From contig NZ_JAGIOS010000002.1 of NCBI RefSeq assembly GCF_017876815.1, positions 1,290,001-1,322,000 on the forward strand: a stretch of 32,000 nt of DNA. The letters run 5' to 3'. This document shows positions 31,503-32,000 of this stretch, in pieces. The notes under the pieces are model-generated. The model saw only the letters and a list, made by a program, of their open reading frames with translations, was not told the DNA's origin and made no database searches. This DNA is from Sinorhizobium meliloti. GTDB lineage: Bacteria > Pseudomonadota > Alphaproteobacteria > Rhizobiales > Rhizobiaceae. The position numbers and the translations under genes are program-made. The first letter of the stretch is position 1, and every line of letters starts with the position of its first letter.

Positions 31503-31693
31503 TAGCTCCTGAGCCCATTGGTCCAATCCGGCCGCCGAGCTCGCACGGATGCTGGCATTGGCGGACGCACGCCTGGTCAGCGCCGCGCAGACGGCCTACC
31601 GACGAAATATCGAGATGGACATCGAGCCGGTCGAAGAGGAGCGAGCGGCATAACTATCCAGCACCGCACCGCCGACATCGAGGCTGCTTCTAA

Positions 31694-32000
31694 GCTCGCA
31701 AGGACGATCTGTCGGCTTCACAGATTGCAAGGCGCTTCGGTGTGTCTCCCAACGTCATCGCTGGGATCGCATTTCGAAATCGCGCGTTGTTCTCATCGAA
31801 GCCGCGAGCTCGCAATTGCCGACCGCACGAGAGCAAGAGAGCTCCGCGGAAGGACAAGACTGCAATGCGCGACCGCAAGCCCGATACCATAATCATCCCT
31901 CCCCACAAATATGACCTGGAGCGACTGCCGTTCGCCAAACGCCTCTTAGAATTGAGGCCCGGCGAGTGCATTTGGCCCATCAACGACGGCAGCCCTTTCC
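31694..32000 (+). pseudogene. GcrA-like cell-cycle-regulator homologue, N-terminus apparently frameshifted, 3' end outside the window
   Basis: Frame 2 reads DDLSASQIARRFGVSPNVIAGIAFRN...PGECIWPINDGSPF (the GcrA LSASQIA...GVSRNAVIGK helix and the C-terminal CxWPIGDP-like box). The expected upstream WTxERIExLxKLW equivalent (RTADIEAASKLAR) sits in a different frame (31650-31705). No start codon is available in frame 2. Confidence 0.5.

Overview
GC-rich, alphaproteobacterial (Rhizobiaceae-like) accessory or plasmid-type DNA, a mosaic of intact operons and decayed or IS-hit genes. No rRNA, tRNA or CRISPR array was seen.

Left to right:
- 3' end of dgoD plus an SDR oxidoreductase.
- An orphan protein with a C39/BtrH-like Cys-His-Asp signature.
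- A receiver-domain remnant.
- A divergent pair: a CheB-like methylesterase, and a ~1160-aa CheB-CheR-PAS-coiled-coil-PAS-HWE histidine kinase with an overlapping single-domain response regulator.
- An IS3-family transposase remnant.
- A flavodoxin/iron-sulfur-flavoprotein-like gene inactivated by two frameshifts and by an intact 2598-bp IS21-family element (istA/istB, TG..CA ends, multi-repeat termini, 7-bp target duplication TGCAAGG).
- A PRC-barrel gene behind an EcfG-type (GGAAC-N16-CGTT) promoter.
- The main item, at 14.3-18.3 kb. A minus-strand operon encodes a signal-peptide-bearing four-Cys DUF2282 precursor, a DUF692/MbnB-family enzyme, a DUF2063 partner and a DoxX membrane protein. 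It is divergent from an ECF sigma factor plus a DUF1109/NrsF anti-sigma. Both transcription units carry GTAACA-N15/16-CGAA motifs. I read this as a bufferin-type (gig-like) RiPP metallophore system under metal-stress ECF control.
- A GNAT acetyltransferase and a TetR remnant.
- A LacI-DUF2264-2-hydroxyacid dehydrogenase-sugar phosphate isomerase operon chained by ATGA overlaps. It is divergent from an orphan TAT-signal ABC solute-binding protein that has no permease genes.
- About 1 kb of decayed DNA.
- A class III adenylate cyclase-TolB-like-TPR protein.
- A solo IS21-family right end, then an MFS fragment.
- A DUF982 gene flanked by a short direct repeat.
- Decayed phage-like genes ending in a gcrA-like gene at the window edge.
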